Shown here piece after piece: positions 47,886-60,800 of a DNA stretch of 64,000 nucleotides. The stretch comes from Phoronis australis (lineage: Eukaryota; Animalia; Phoronida): the NCBI GenBank assembly GCA_002633005.1, contig NMRA01000012.1, forward strand, positions 1,418,357 to 1,482,356, written 5' to 3'. Numbering within the stretch: position 1 is the first letter of the stretch; every line of letters starts with the position of its first letter. The notes under the pieces were generated by a model. The model ran no database searches. It had not been told where the DNA came from and saw only the letters and a list, made by a program, of their open reading frames with translations. The translations under genes were made by a program, and so were the position numbers.

Positions 47886-49868
47886 TAATACTCCGTAAAA
47901 TGTAACAATTACATAGTATCTTGCTAGGCCTCTTTTAAAATGTAAGCTGATATGCCCATCTTGCAGAGTATTACTTAATTCTATCTATTTACGTCATAAT
48001 AAATGACATTATTCGCAACCCTCCTCTTGTTTTACTCTGCAACATAGCTCGTGGCGTACCCCGGGCAAAATAGATTACCATAAATGTAATTGTTACAATT
48101 TACGTCAAATGCACATGCGAGAATGTACCATTGTTACATTTTACGAAAGCGGCGTCATATTTCATGAGTTTGCATGGTATTTGTCACACGGAGGAAAACG
48201 GTTCACACAGTTAACGCCTTCTTTCTTGGATTGTTTGAATAAAGTTCTATCAAATGTTCTAGCTCAAATTTGTAGATGTGTGCTTTCCATTTTTTAACAT
48301 GAGAAGTTTCTTGGTATAGTCAAAAATGCACCACACATAATTTCAACTCCAGGATCAGGAGGTTTCAGTCACTAGGATTTCGACACGTTGTTGAGTCGCT
48401 ATACATTTTTATTGTCATGCTGCCCAGTTGTCCCACACCATATTTAGTTACTTTTGCTACTTTTGTCTGGCTCGCTCACCCTCCCTTGGGTGGACGGATG
48501 CATCCTTCTGCTGCATCTGTAGCAGATTGTCACCCACCTTTACAGATCAACGTATTTTATAACTTTTGTTTTTATCGATATCTGTAGTAGTTTAGTTTAG
48601 TTATATATGACCTTTTATACCACAATATTAGCTTCAAATGGCAGATACAACCGTGTAATAACCCATAAAGTTATCTGACTAGTGAGATAACGTTTTGGCG
48701 GGAGACCGAGGACGGAGTCGAACCCGGAACCCTGGAGTTGCTGGTCGCCGACTTTACCACTACACCACGTAGCGACTGAAGTCATCAAGACTGAAAATAG
48801 AATACTTAAATGAGCACGCGCAATAATCCCATGTTCAACAAACCGCATTGTACTGTACTTATACGCTACGAAAAATAAGACACATAATTTCCATAAAAAT
48901 GATATCTTAATTCAGTGAAATTTCTGTCTCATGTCCTCTTACATGTAAATCACCGATCTCCAGTTTGAATGCGGGTATCGTGTCGTCAGGATCTTTGACT
49001 TGAGAATTACATTCAGTTACCAGTGGTAACCTACTTTAGCTGACGATAATTTCCCGGTCGAAGCTTAGCATGAAAAAAACGTGGTAAACCTTAATTTATA
49101 AATTCAATTTATTTCTATCATATTTAAGTTTTCAATTGGTTTTGAGTAAAACCATTATTTGACAAAAATAGCCCGGCTTTTCTTAAAAGGTCACGGCCTC
49201 CGACCCCGGGCCTCTAACATAGAAATTAGTTACAAAGCCGTGGAGAGTCAGAAAAGGTAAATCGATTCATTGCAATGTTTCTCGTTTAGTATGTGGTATA
49301 AATAGATTATTACATGTTCTCAGGCGTTATCCCTCTTATCTAGAGCCCTCGTGGATTTTGGAGAATTATCGCCCTCTGGGTAGCCAAATTCATGCCTTGT
49401 CAGCCCGGAGGGCATGCCTATAGAAGAGGTAAACGAAAAGTGCCGACCAATCGGTGTTTTTTCACAGCAAAAATATGCTCTCCAAAATGGTGCCATTTTC
49501 GACAAAATACTATCGAAAAGGGTGCCTTTTCTGAATTTTTGGAACAGAACTGTGCGAAAATGAGAATATTATTTTACAAAAAATTAGTCACTTTTTTGTC
49601 CGAGCCCACTTTCTAAACGGGTATGTGTCCAATTTTTTCGGGCGGCACCGCACGTCCAAAAATACTTGTGTACTCCCCGGCTGTGTCAGTTACCACTTGC
49701 TCATAATTGTGGTCATTTTCTTTGTAATTTGACGTTGGTGTCGTAAAATGTAACAATGGTACATTTCTCGCATGTGCATTCGACGTAAAACAACTTGTTA
49801 CATTTTAGGAGAAGCTTAGTAACGTAAAATGTAACAATGACGAAATTATTACATTTTACGGCGTATCA
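47886..49868. mobile_element. TIR DNA transposon with 6-bp TSD (CTGCTG), same family as 8857-11490, copy B
   Basis: CTGCTG|TAATACTCCGTAAAATGTAACAATT ... ATTACATTTTACGGCGTATCA|CTGCTG. 48085-48355 aligns with 8975-9103 plus 9971-10135. Confidence 0.8.
48585..48777 (-). mobile_element. tRNA-derived SINE, apparently full length
   Basis: On the - strand: A box TGGTGTAGTGG, B box GGTTCGACTCC, a tRNA-unrelated body and an (AAACT)n-like tail. A second copy lies at 13737. Confidence 0.8.
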
Positions 49869-51010
49869 CTGCTGTCAACATTTTTTAAACCGACCTGATG
49901 ATGTTACGCTAAGGCAGTGTCCCTCGATAAATGTAGAAAGCCACACCCCAGCAACCACCTGCATTCTCTTATGCCGTAGTAAGATATTAGGCTTGTGTTG
50001 TTTCATCATTTGTGTGGCACTACAGAGCACCACCCACCTACTATTTTCCGCAGTTTATTGTCGAGGTTTTTTGCTAAAATTTTGCGTGATCTTGACTCGA
50101 TTTCGTGACACTGCGTTGATCACTTTACGAGTGCCAAATGACCGATATGGAGACGCCACAAAAGTCAATTAATAATGTTTTTGCCTCGTTAAGGAGTCTG
50201 ACATCAATTTCGTCAGTAAAGGCAAAACGTGTCGAGAGAGCGGAGAATTTCGTCAATTCTATTTTCTGTTTTTGGTCTGATGCGCATGGCAGCGTTGATG
50301 TTGGTGTAGCCTCTGAATTTGCGTGTCCGCATCAAGTAACTTCAAGGATGACGATTAGGTCCTTTTCGTCAAACTTATTAACAAGATTTTATTCTCATAT
50401 CTTAGAACACAACTCATTCAAAATCCCAGTTCTTACTTTTCCTTAAATTTTCGTTCAGTAACTGGAAGCAGCTAGCAATTCTATCACGAATTGACGACTG
50501 TGTCCTTGAGCAAAGCACTGAAACTGCATTGTTCCAGTCGACTTGGTTGTTTAAAATGAGTACCACCATGACTGGGGAATGACCAGGAGGAGTTGACAGG
50601 CTCTGGCACTCACACACGTAAAGCGTTAGTGACAGGCCCCATGACCCCATGAAGGTTTGCTTTACGGAAGGTGTAATGCAAGCACGTTAAACACGACTGT
50701 GATATATTCGAGGGCACGAAGTCATGTTTAGATTGCAAGGAAAAGAAAAAAGTGTAACTGATGTGGTACATTTGACTTAGGTTGTGTTCTTTTGTGCAAT
50801 GGGTGGGAATAAGCGGAAGCAGGGTCAGGTTAGGTAGTTTGTCAATAACCAGATTTGCCTGGTAAAGATATCCCGCCCAGGAAATTTGAAATGGAATTGA
50901 TTTGGATTACATCGGATTATTTGAATCACTATCAAAGGTATCGAGCAGTGTTCATTCATCGTAAATGGGACTTCTCCACTGCTTTCGATCTTTTACTTTG
51001 TCTGTCTCCG

Positions 51011-51616
51011 AAATTGTCCGGCATGTAACAATCGCGCCATGAGTGGAGTGGTACCGAACAAGTTTCAACCGGTTTTGGTGAGTTGGTTTTACTCAACTCG
51101 GAGGTTTGGGCGTGTCCGGCGGTGATAACCCATCACAAGATTTGTCTGGCGAAGTTCGTTCATGACGTATGGTTTTATCAGTGGTTGATTATTTTGCAAC
51201 TGGTTTTATGTGGTTACCTCTTGAGTTGCGCATGATTTAGGTCAGCTGTGGGACCCCATTATATTGTGTCTGGAAGAGACACCCCACCACTAAAATTGTC
51301 TGGCATGTAACAGTTGTGTCATGCGGAGTGATGCTGAAAGTCATGTAGTTGGCTTCAACTTGTTACCTGATGGTTTGATCTAACTTATCTCTGAGGTTTG
51401 GGCCTGTCACTACTGAATTTGTCTAGCAATGTTCTTTTATGATACATGAGGTTATTTTGAATATTTTGCAACCGATTTTATGCTATTACGTCTTGGGTTG
51501 ATCTAGCTCAAATTTGAGACCCCATTATTTTTATCTGACAGGGGCACCCCACCACGTGGATTGATGACAGTTGGTTTCAACCCGTTACCTGGTGGGTTGG
51601 GCTAGCTCAGCTCGAA
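51011..51616 (+). repeat. Diverged tandem repeat of ~270-bp units (2 plus a partial) upstream of the first recognised SLC7 exon
   Basis: AAATTGTC.GGCATGTAACA, GAGGTTTGGGC.TGTC, ATTTTGCAAC, GACCCCATTAT and CACCCC.ACCAC recur in units starting at 51011 and about 51293. Confidence 0.65.
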
Positions 51617-51866
51617 AGTATCAAAGAAAATTGGTTTCTTCATCATGCCTTAAGTACCTCTAGGATCCCGGTCTACACAAGTTCATTAAACTGATACACT
51701 GATATCGCTAGTGTTACATAACAATCTACAAACATTATGAATGGCCGAAAAGCGAATAGTATTCGACAACCGGATGGAATCGAGGGAGGGGTGCTCCTGG
51801 TATATGATAAAAAGCAAGCTAGCGAGTGAAAACATGAATGGTATTAACACTTCTAAATTGTTTTAG

Positions 51867-54800
51867 GAAATGACGATACATCAACGGAGAAACATCTGCG
51901 ACAGCGCTCAGTTTCAAACGAAGTTATGCCCTCAGAGTCGACGGTTGAATTGGTGTTTGAGAACACAGTGGCGCTGAAAAGAAAAGTTGGGTTACTCAGC
52001 GGAATATCTTTTATTGTGGGAACTATGATAGGTACTGAAACTTCTAAAAACACGTACAGTAGTGCACAATGAACGCTTCAATGTGGAACCATAGGTTCGT
52101 GTTTTGAACCAGAATTATACAATTTGTAACAGATTCAACGATTACCGACAGCTGACAGAAAGATAAAAACACCGTTCACAGGTGAGAGAAAGTGCATGTT
52201 AAAATGGATTTTCACTTTTTTCTCTTTAAGAAAACTGCGCCTAAATTCGTTCCAGTACAATTGTCCAAAGTTATTATTCAAGGCGTATGTTACTATGCAT
52301 GTAGCTAGGCATTCCGTTTTACCGCCCTCCTTGTCTTGTACGCGTCCCCGTGGTAGCTTGCAATTTTAATTTTATCTAACGCATGTTCGGCTTCGTCATT
52401 GCTTTCAATTTTCACAAAGAGTGGCCTCTGTTTAGTTGCAAACACATAGTTTGAATTATCACTGTATGGGATGCCTTTTGTCATTGAAATTAGCCACGGT
52501 AATTATGCGTCCACATATTTATATGTGGACGCATTATGCCGTTATCTATGTCCGTCCGTCCGTCCGTGAGGCGTCCGTCCGGCGTCCGGCGTCCGCTGCT
52601 ATATCTCCAAAAACGCCTTGATGCAGGGTCATGAAATTTTGCACATGTGTTCCTTCCATGGATGGGACGGCATGAGCGAACTTTCGGACGGATCCGACTA
52701 CCGGTGTGCCCCCTAGTGGCAATTTTAGTTTTTTACGTTTACCTCTGTATCTTCAAAAGTCCTGAACGAATTTTCTTAAAATTTGGTACATAGGCACCTA
52801 TTAGGGAGATGACGCTATCCTTCCGTTTTCGAATGGATTCGACGTAGTTTGCACCACCTAGTGGCCATTTTTACTATTTCCGTGTCTGTTTTTTTGCGTC
52901 CGCCCCTCTATCAACCAAACCGCTCAAAGAATGATTGTGAAAATTGGCGTGTATGTTTTTACTTTGAAGTGGGCGGCTGACGATGATTTTCCGAAGATTT
53001 CGACTACTGTGGCGCCTCCTAGTGGCAGTTTTGTTTTTTTTTGCGCCTATGGCTGTATCTCCTAAACTGTTCGCAGGATCTTTACTAAATTTAATAAGTG
53101 TATTTGTATGATGTTAACAACGAAGGATGACGACTTCCAGACGGATCTGACTACTGGTGTGCCACCTAGTGGCAATTTTATTTTTTTTACGTTAACCTCT
53201 GTATGTTCAAAGGTCCTCAACGTATTTTAATAAAATTTGGCATACCGACATCTGTTAATGAGATGACGGTATCTCTCCATTTTCAGATGGATTCGACGTA
53301 GTGTGCGCCACCTAGTGGCCATTTTTGCTGTTTTCGACTCTGTTTTTTGGCGTCCACTCGTCTATTAACCAAACCGCTTTCAGGATAATTGTGAAAATTG
53401 GCATGTATGTTTTTACTATAAAGTGGATGGCTGACGACGATTTTCCGATGAGTTCGACTACTGTGGCACCTCCTAGTGGCTGTTTTCTTTGCGCTCATAG
53501 CTGTATCTCCTAAACCGTTCACAGCATCTTTACTTAGTTTAACAAGTGTATTTATATGATGTTGACAACGGACGACAACGACTTTCGGACGGGTCTGACT
53601 ACTGGTGTGCCCCCTAGTGGCAATTTTAGTGTTTTACGTTTGCCAGTCTGTATCTTGAATGTCCTGAACAGATTTTCATAAGATTTTGAATATAGGCATC
53701 TATTGGTGAGACGACGCTATCATCCTGTTTTTGTAAGGAATCGAGGTATTTTGCGCCACCTGGTGGTCATTTTTGCTGGTTTCAAATCTTGTTTTTGGCG
53801 TCCCACCCGACGATCAACCAAATCATTCTAGGTATGGTTTTGAAAATTGGCGTATATGTTTTCAGTGTGAAAAAGGACGTTTGATGATGGCGACTGACTA
53901 CTGTGGTGCCTCCTTGTGGTAGTTTTGTTTTGTTTTGCGCCCATAGCTGTATCTCCAAAACCCACTGCAGGATCTTTATTAAATTTAGTAAGTGAATTTG
54001 TATGAAGATAACAGACCACAACTTTCAGGCGGATCGAACGGACGCTGTGTCCACAAGTGGCAATTTCATTTTGTTGTGTTTTCCTTTGGTTCTCTGGGGT
54101 TCCTTGACAGGATTTTATGAAATATGGCATGTTCCCGTTTTTGGATGGGTTGTACGCCATCTAGTGGCCATTATTATGATACAAATAAATAACCCTAAAC
54201 GCACACCATTTGCAATGCATTCGTGGGCGCATTTCAAAGCTCCGAGCTGCTCTTGTTATACATGTAAGGTATTACTTGGCTGTAAAATGCAAAAATTGAG
54301 ATTGTTTCTGAAATCAACATATAAAGTTCTAATTAGCAATCACATGCAGTTAGTCAACAGTAGGCCTATATTTATGCATGGCATCATATTCACCAGGAGC
54401 ATGATTTCAGAAGGCGACTGAAAATTGAAAAGAATGTGATCGATCAGAGCGTGAAATGGATGGTGATCGGTAAGTGGGGTAGCTGCCGACGGGGAGATGA
54501 CTAGGGAGACCAGTAGACCTAAATCCTTTCTCCATGCGTGCCTCCCAGACCCGCAGTGATATTTACTTTATGAAAAATTTGTCTTTTACAGTGTTTTTAT
54601 GAAAAATTTATTGGTATTTTCAGGATCTGGGATCTTCATATCACCGAAAGGTGTTTTAGAGAACACTGGCTCTGTTGGAACGAGTCTGTGTGTTTGGGCG
54701 GGCTGTGGACTGGTCGCTCTCCTGGGTAAGGTTTTTAGACGAGTTCCCACTTGTGTGCCTAAAGAAACAGATTAAAAGACTACTTCTTGCCACATTTATT

Positions 54801-57800
54801 TCGTAACATTACCACAAAGATCGGTGTATTATTGTCTGAGAATTGTCCATCTTTTTCATAGGGTGGCACAAAAATTACAGAAATTTACTTTATGCTTTAG
54901 AATTTTAATGACGGTGGTGTTGGTGAAAATCGCTTTCTAGAGAATTGCGCGGTAGAGAATGAAAATTGCTAAACTCTCATCCCTAACGGGAAACTAGGGA
55001 CGTTATAACTGACTGGTGTTTAAGATCTCTAAACTTGTTCATTTAGGGTCACTGTGTTTCGCCGAGCTAGGGACGTTCGTTACTACCTCTGGTGGTCCAT
55101 ACGCATATCTCCTAGAAGCGTTCGGACCAATCCCGGCTTTCCTTTTCATATGGGTGAAAGTGTTCATTACCACGCCCTCGTCGCTTGCAATAATCAGTCT
55201 CACGTTCTCCGAGTATGCGCTTACAACTTTCTTTGATAATTGCGGCCCATCCACGTTAATTACAAAGCTTCTCACCTCGGTGGTGATACGTAAGTATATG
55301 TTTTTCCTATGCATCACCTAAAACACGTGTTACCTACCAGATTAGTCTATCATGCAAAGAAGCGTCTCAAACCTCATGATAGAAAACCATTTCTGTGTCA
55401 AATCATCCCATTCAGAGCATCGGCAAGTAGCAGCGGGTTTAAAAGCCATTTGTTTCGACATCGTTGGCCACCCAGACCAACATTGGTCGCTTCATATCAA
55501 TTGCAGGTTGTTTGTCATCCGTGAGTACACACATAGAAGAGTTGCCGTTCAGAAGCGGCTGGTTTCTCTACGAATGGTTTCTCTACGAAAGGATGTCTTT
55601 ATGATAAAAGATCCCTATGAAAGGACATCTTTTCCAAAATTTCCTATGAAGGTTTCACTTCGTTCGAAACCCTGCAAAAGCTTACCATACAACTACGCAA
55701 ATTTAGAGAAGGGCTAATTTATAACTTTAAAACTTTTGTTTTTAAACAATACAAAACAATTGACGAAATTGAAATTTGTCAAAAACTCATCTGTCCACGA
55801 ATTCCTACAAAATAGTTAAGCTTACGATACTTCTGAAACACAACCCTACGAAAGGGAACACGTGACTTTTTTCATGGAAGCTCCCTGGATGTGGGCTCCG
55901 TCTTCAAACCAACTAATCTAAATGCGTGGGTATCATGATTTTCCTGTTGCACCTTTTCAAGCGTGTGCGGCCGGGTTCCTCAGTTCGTTTTGATGGTATA
56001 AGACAAATGCTTTGTGGCAAGCAAAGTCTTTTAACAATGTTAATTTGTCTATTTCACGATTTCCATGTTGAGAATTTATTTAGAATGATTTTCAAAGGCA
56101 CGCGTGAACCAAAAGATATAAAATTCAACCAAAAATATTGCCTAGCCAGTTTCATCAATAGGCCTGTCCCGGATTACATGGCGATAGAACTCTCTTTTGT
56201 CCCGGAGATAAGAAAGTGCGTGACCTCGTTTTGGAAATCAGGCACATTTTTGTGTCTCTCATTGATGTCGAGAAGGCAAAGAATTTCACATCACGCATCC
56301 ACAGGTATTTGTTCAGTTTATCAAAGTTTCTCAGGTCGGAGTTGCAGTCCACAGCACATTAGTAATACTTTATTAGCATTCGAAGCATGAATAGAGCAAT
56401 GCAATCGAAAAAATTGTAAAAAAATTGACAACAGCAAAAAACATAAGAAACTCCATTGGCACGAAAACGAGGCAGCAAATGTGCCTGGTGGATGTTTACG
56501 AGATTGCAGGTAAATACGGCGAGAGTCGAGTGTGGCTGTGTAATCCGGTACGGCCTTATTCATACAATTTGACAGCAAGTATTTCGAAAATATATAAATA
56601 GACGAAAAGCTATTGTTCACAATAAAACAGCAACATCAAAAAGCTGTTAACATTGGAGTTGGGGGGAGGGGGTGCCAACGAAAAATTAAAAACAACGACA
56701 CGATTTCAGTTTCCGTCAATTTTCACACTATTGATGTATCTATAGTATGTGTTTATTACTGTGAAAAAATAACATTCACAGTAGATTTCCAGTACTGTAT
56801 TTGTTCCCAATATTTCAGTTACGATCGTGATCATAAACTCTTATTCTGTCAAGATGGCCGCCAAGGTTCAAGTTTTCTGTGCGTTTGCTAAAGTTGCTGC
56901 GCTCGCCATGATTATTGTCGGAGGAATCATCATGTTAACACAAGGTTGGTCGTATTCAGAGAACTATGACCATGGGTGGGTCTAAGTTTTGAAGAAGATA
57001 ATTCTTTCAGTATACTCGCATAAGTTTAATGGCGAGACATGTCCTCAACTTCCCGTTCCTATCTCAGTGAGTGTGTTTAAAAAATTCTTCGCTTTCCTTC
57101 CTCTCAAACAAAACAGCGTTCGCTTAAAACGGATGTAAACTCACCATCGGCCGTCAAAACTACAACTTTTGATTTGTAAACTTTTTGCTATAAAATTGGT
57201 CTCACTTTTTCGGAAGAGGAGTGGTTAATGGTGTAGTGTAGGGCAGAACAGACAGTTCGACAGTGTTTGAGATTATTCTGGGCGCATAGACAAGCCGATC
57301 CGCCGAGACAAGCTAGTTTATCGAACAGTAATAAACTGTCAGATGTTGCGTAGCTCGGATATCCTACCTAACTTTAGCATGGATGCAGAGTTCAGTAACG
57401 CCAGGAGCTCGTTTAAAAGCGAAACTGCGAGATTACGTGAGTTATTGCCGTGCATTTTAAATGAGAACACGTGACCTTGGCTAGATTTTAGCGAGGTCCT
57501 AGCGTAAGTCCTAGCGCTACAGAATTCTACACGAGTTCACCTCCTCTTCAAATTAAGTAATGTAAGATACAAACTATGATTGGTTTTGAAGTGTTGCATC
57601 GAAAGCTGATAGAGCAAAAATTTGTTTTCATTCGTCACCTGCAAAATGAAGTTTCATCGATCTTAATGGAAGTGGCACATGAGACGCGTATGCAGGTGTA
57701 CACTTTCATCTAACATACAGGTCACACCGAACATCTAGCCACTGGCTTTGAAGGGACGACTCCTAACCCGTCTTTGATCGCTCTCGCATTTTACCGCGGT

Positions 57801-60800
57801 CTTTGGGCATATGATGGTTGGAGCAATCTCAACTACGTCACGGAGGAAATAAAGAACCCTGTTAAGTAAGAACATAATTATGTTATGATTTTACGTTTCA
57901 CAGCAATTTTTTATTTGGTTTCATACCTTGATACGGGAAGCTGAACTGCAAATGTGAACACTTGATGACAGGTGCGCAGGCGTGCAAACCACCGATTTTA
58001 CTGCTTTTCACCTCATCTGCAATGATGATCAAAGTACAGAACATGCGATTCTACCTATCATGGTTACTTGATTGCTCATTGTTTGAAAGTCTATTATCTG
58101 TATGTTTCAGAAACCTTCCGCTAGCCATCATGATTGGTATTCCATTGGTGACAGTCCTCTACCTCATGACGAATATCTCGTACTTCACTGTAATGTCAGC
58201 TCCGGAACTATTGGCCTCCAACGCTGTTGGCGTTGTAAGTTAGCATCCGTCAAAAACACCTCAAGTGCCTCTCAACACTTTTAGCTGCTTTGGGCCTTAG
58301 AAGCAACTCAATCCCTCTGTTAGACAGGGTATACAAGACCTGAAAATATGAACAATATACTGGACCAACAAAACGGATTCCAAAGTCAATTTTTTTCTTA
58401 AGCTGCAATTGCAAATGAAGCCTGTTACTTAAACAAGAGCAGTGAAGAGCGTTATAATGTTCCCTCGAATGTACAGCAAACGGTGTGCTGCTAGGAGTGT
58501 TACTGATAACATAAAAATGGCTATTAGATGGCTCAAAATACATCGAATACTTTCAAAAATGTGAAGGGGTCGTCGTGTTTGCTAAATTTCATGTAAATCA
58601 GTCACAGATTCAAAAACCTGCTGTCTGTATGGCTGGCCCTCTATTGAGTATTGCTGTAACTGGTGATTCTGTAACTGCAACTAAGTTGTAATTGCACCTG
58701 TGTAGCTTTATCTCTTTAACTCAAATCAGCTCTTTTAACTGACTCTCACTAAACCGTGACTGGGTATTTGTGATCTCTTACAATGTTCTGAAACCTTTCG
58801 CCAGGTGTCAGCACATTCTGGAACTTTGTGGAATCTACACACATATCCTAGGCTCTAGGTTCTAGAATGCGATTCTATTTTAATCACTAATATGCTGGAC
58901 ACTACTAAAAAGCTCTAAATTCTAAGGTAAACAAATAAAACCATCCTGTCATGACAGTCAAGCGCTTTCTACTAGTAAAGATATAACAACAAAATAAAAC
59001 TGATAGAACTAAGACCAGTGTCAATCTTATGGCAATCAACAACTATCAGTTTTCAATCAGAATCAAGCAAATGCCATTTGGCGTCTTCACATGCAGCAAA
59101 AAACTAAAACTGCCCAACCAACTAGGCATGCACCAATTTTTACTGAAATTGAGTGGGGTATATTCAATCGCGTGATTTAAAAATATTCAGTGCCATCTCA
59201 GAAATTATCGAGACATCGAATTTCCCACCACAGGTGAACGTAATGTGCCCATGTGCGGACTTCAGGAATGTAATTTTCAAACTTGAGAACGAATGACCCT
59301 ATAACAGTGAAGTTTGCATATGTGCGCGCAATAGTACACGAGGATATGTGATGTTACCAAAATATCCAAGGTGTTACGAATGCATCTTTACCTCAGATAA
59401 TAACCACTGAACAGTTGCCTTTGCAAGTCTTCAAGCTTTGCTCAAACTCAGACTTTCCTGTCTACTTTATTACCAACGTTACTTCACTATTCTTTTACAA
59501 AGATTGAGAGAAAAATACTCTCACCAGACACATGTCACTACGCCGTGGACAAATGATTCGCCTTTGAGAGTTTCAGAAAGTGAATAACCAAATACTGGGT
59601 TGAGAAATGTTTAATTAACACCTTTCAGATTCTCCTAACGGCACCCAAACTACATTTTTTTGCAGACGTGGGGCGTGCGCGTTCTTGGAGGAGCGGCCTT
59701 CGTAATACCCATTGCTGTCGCTCTATCTACGTTTGGCGCAGCCAATGGGACTACATTTGCTGGGGGTCGCGTGCTCTTTGTTTCTGCACGTGAAGGTCAC
59801 ATGATGAAAGTTCTGTCAATGGTTCACGCGAAGCGACTTACGCCGATGCCTTCTCTGGTTTTCATGGTAAGTCACCCACATTTGTACAAAGCAGTTGGGT
59901 TCATGATTTGATCATAGCATGCAAATTTGGAACTTCCAAAGTTTGACCATCAGAGTAAAACAAATTACAAGGTAACTACATGTACCATCATCCATTATAA
60001 TTTTACAGGGTATCATGGCAATCATCATGATTATTCCCGGAGACATCTTTACTCTGATCGACTTCTTCAGTTTCACTTCTTGGTTGTTCTACGGAGCCAC
60101 TATGCTAGCTTTGATTGTGATGAGGTTCACGAAAAAAGACGTCTCTAGACCATATAAGGTACCTAATTGAAATCTAGGAAACCATAACGGCGCCCCTAAC
60201 TAGGAACTATCGAATCAAGAAATCTTTATTGTTGGATTCTACGATGCTACTCCTCTAGGTACTATTGGATTCTGCAACATCCACTCAGGACCGGGGTTTA
60301 ATCTGTGTATTCGAAGTATAATTCGACATTTGTTTTGGTATAATCCTGTCCTACTTTTGGCGAACTCAAGAGAAGTGCCTATAAGGCAGTGCCCAGTAGA
60401 ACACATGATTTATGTATTAGTTTTTAGTCCAAGTTTCTACTTGGTGGCCCTTATATTCGAACTATAGACTGGAGTAAAAACTTGAAGATTTGGAGTAAAA
60501 ATCGAGTTCAGACTCAAACTTTTAGCCTCTATGCTGAGATCATCAAGTGCAAACTGGGATTAGAAAGTTATCAATACGTATGCCATTACATACCTTAGCA
60601 GAGAATACTAGACACTTATCTTGAGTTCACACAACAGTAGAATAGAAAATGCAAAAAATTAATACAATTTCGAGTTCGATTTCGAGTAAAAAGATTTGAC
60701 ACCTGACCCTAAAGAAGTAGAATAAATAGTAAAAATCGATTGTAACTTTGAGTAGACATTCTTGTAGCATTCCATTTTTGATGTATTCATATCATGCGGC

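Noticed and set aside
48700-48777. tRNA gene
   Set aside because: There is no convincing cloverleaf; the head continues into a repeated body and tail, which indicates a SINE.
51834-51866. ATG AAT G|gt..ag as the SLC7 start exon
   Set aside because: It would need a 26-nt intron, which is too short. The candidate exon at about 51039-51077 has the wrong phase.
52700-54170. CRISPR-like array (short conserved motif with variable spacers)
   Set aside because: The context is eukaryotic, the spacers are homologous with 450-bp periodicity, and there are no cas genes.
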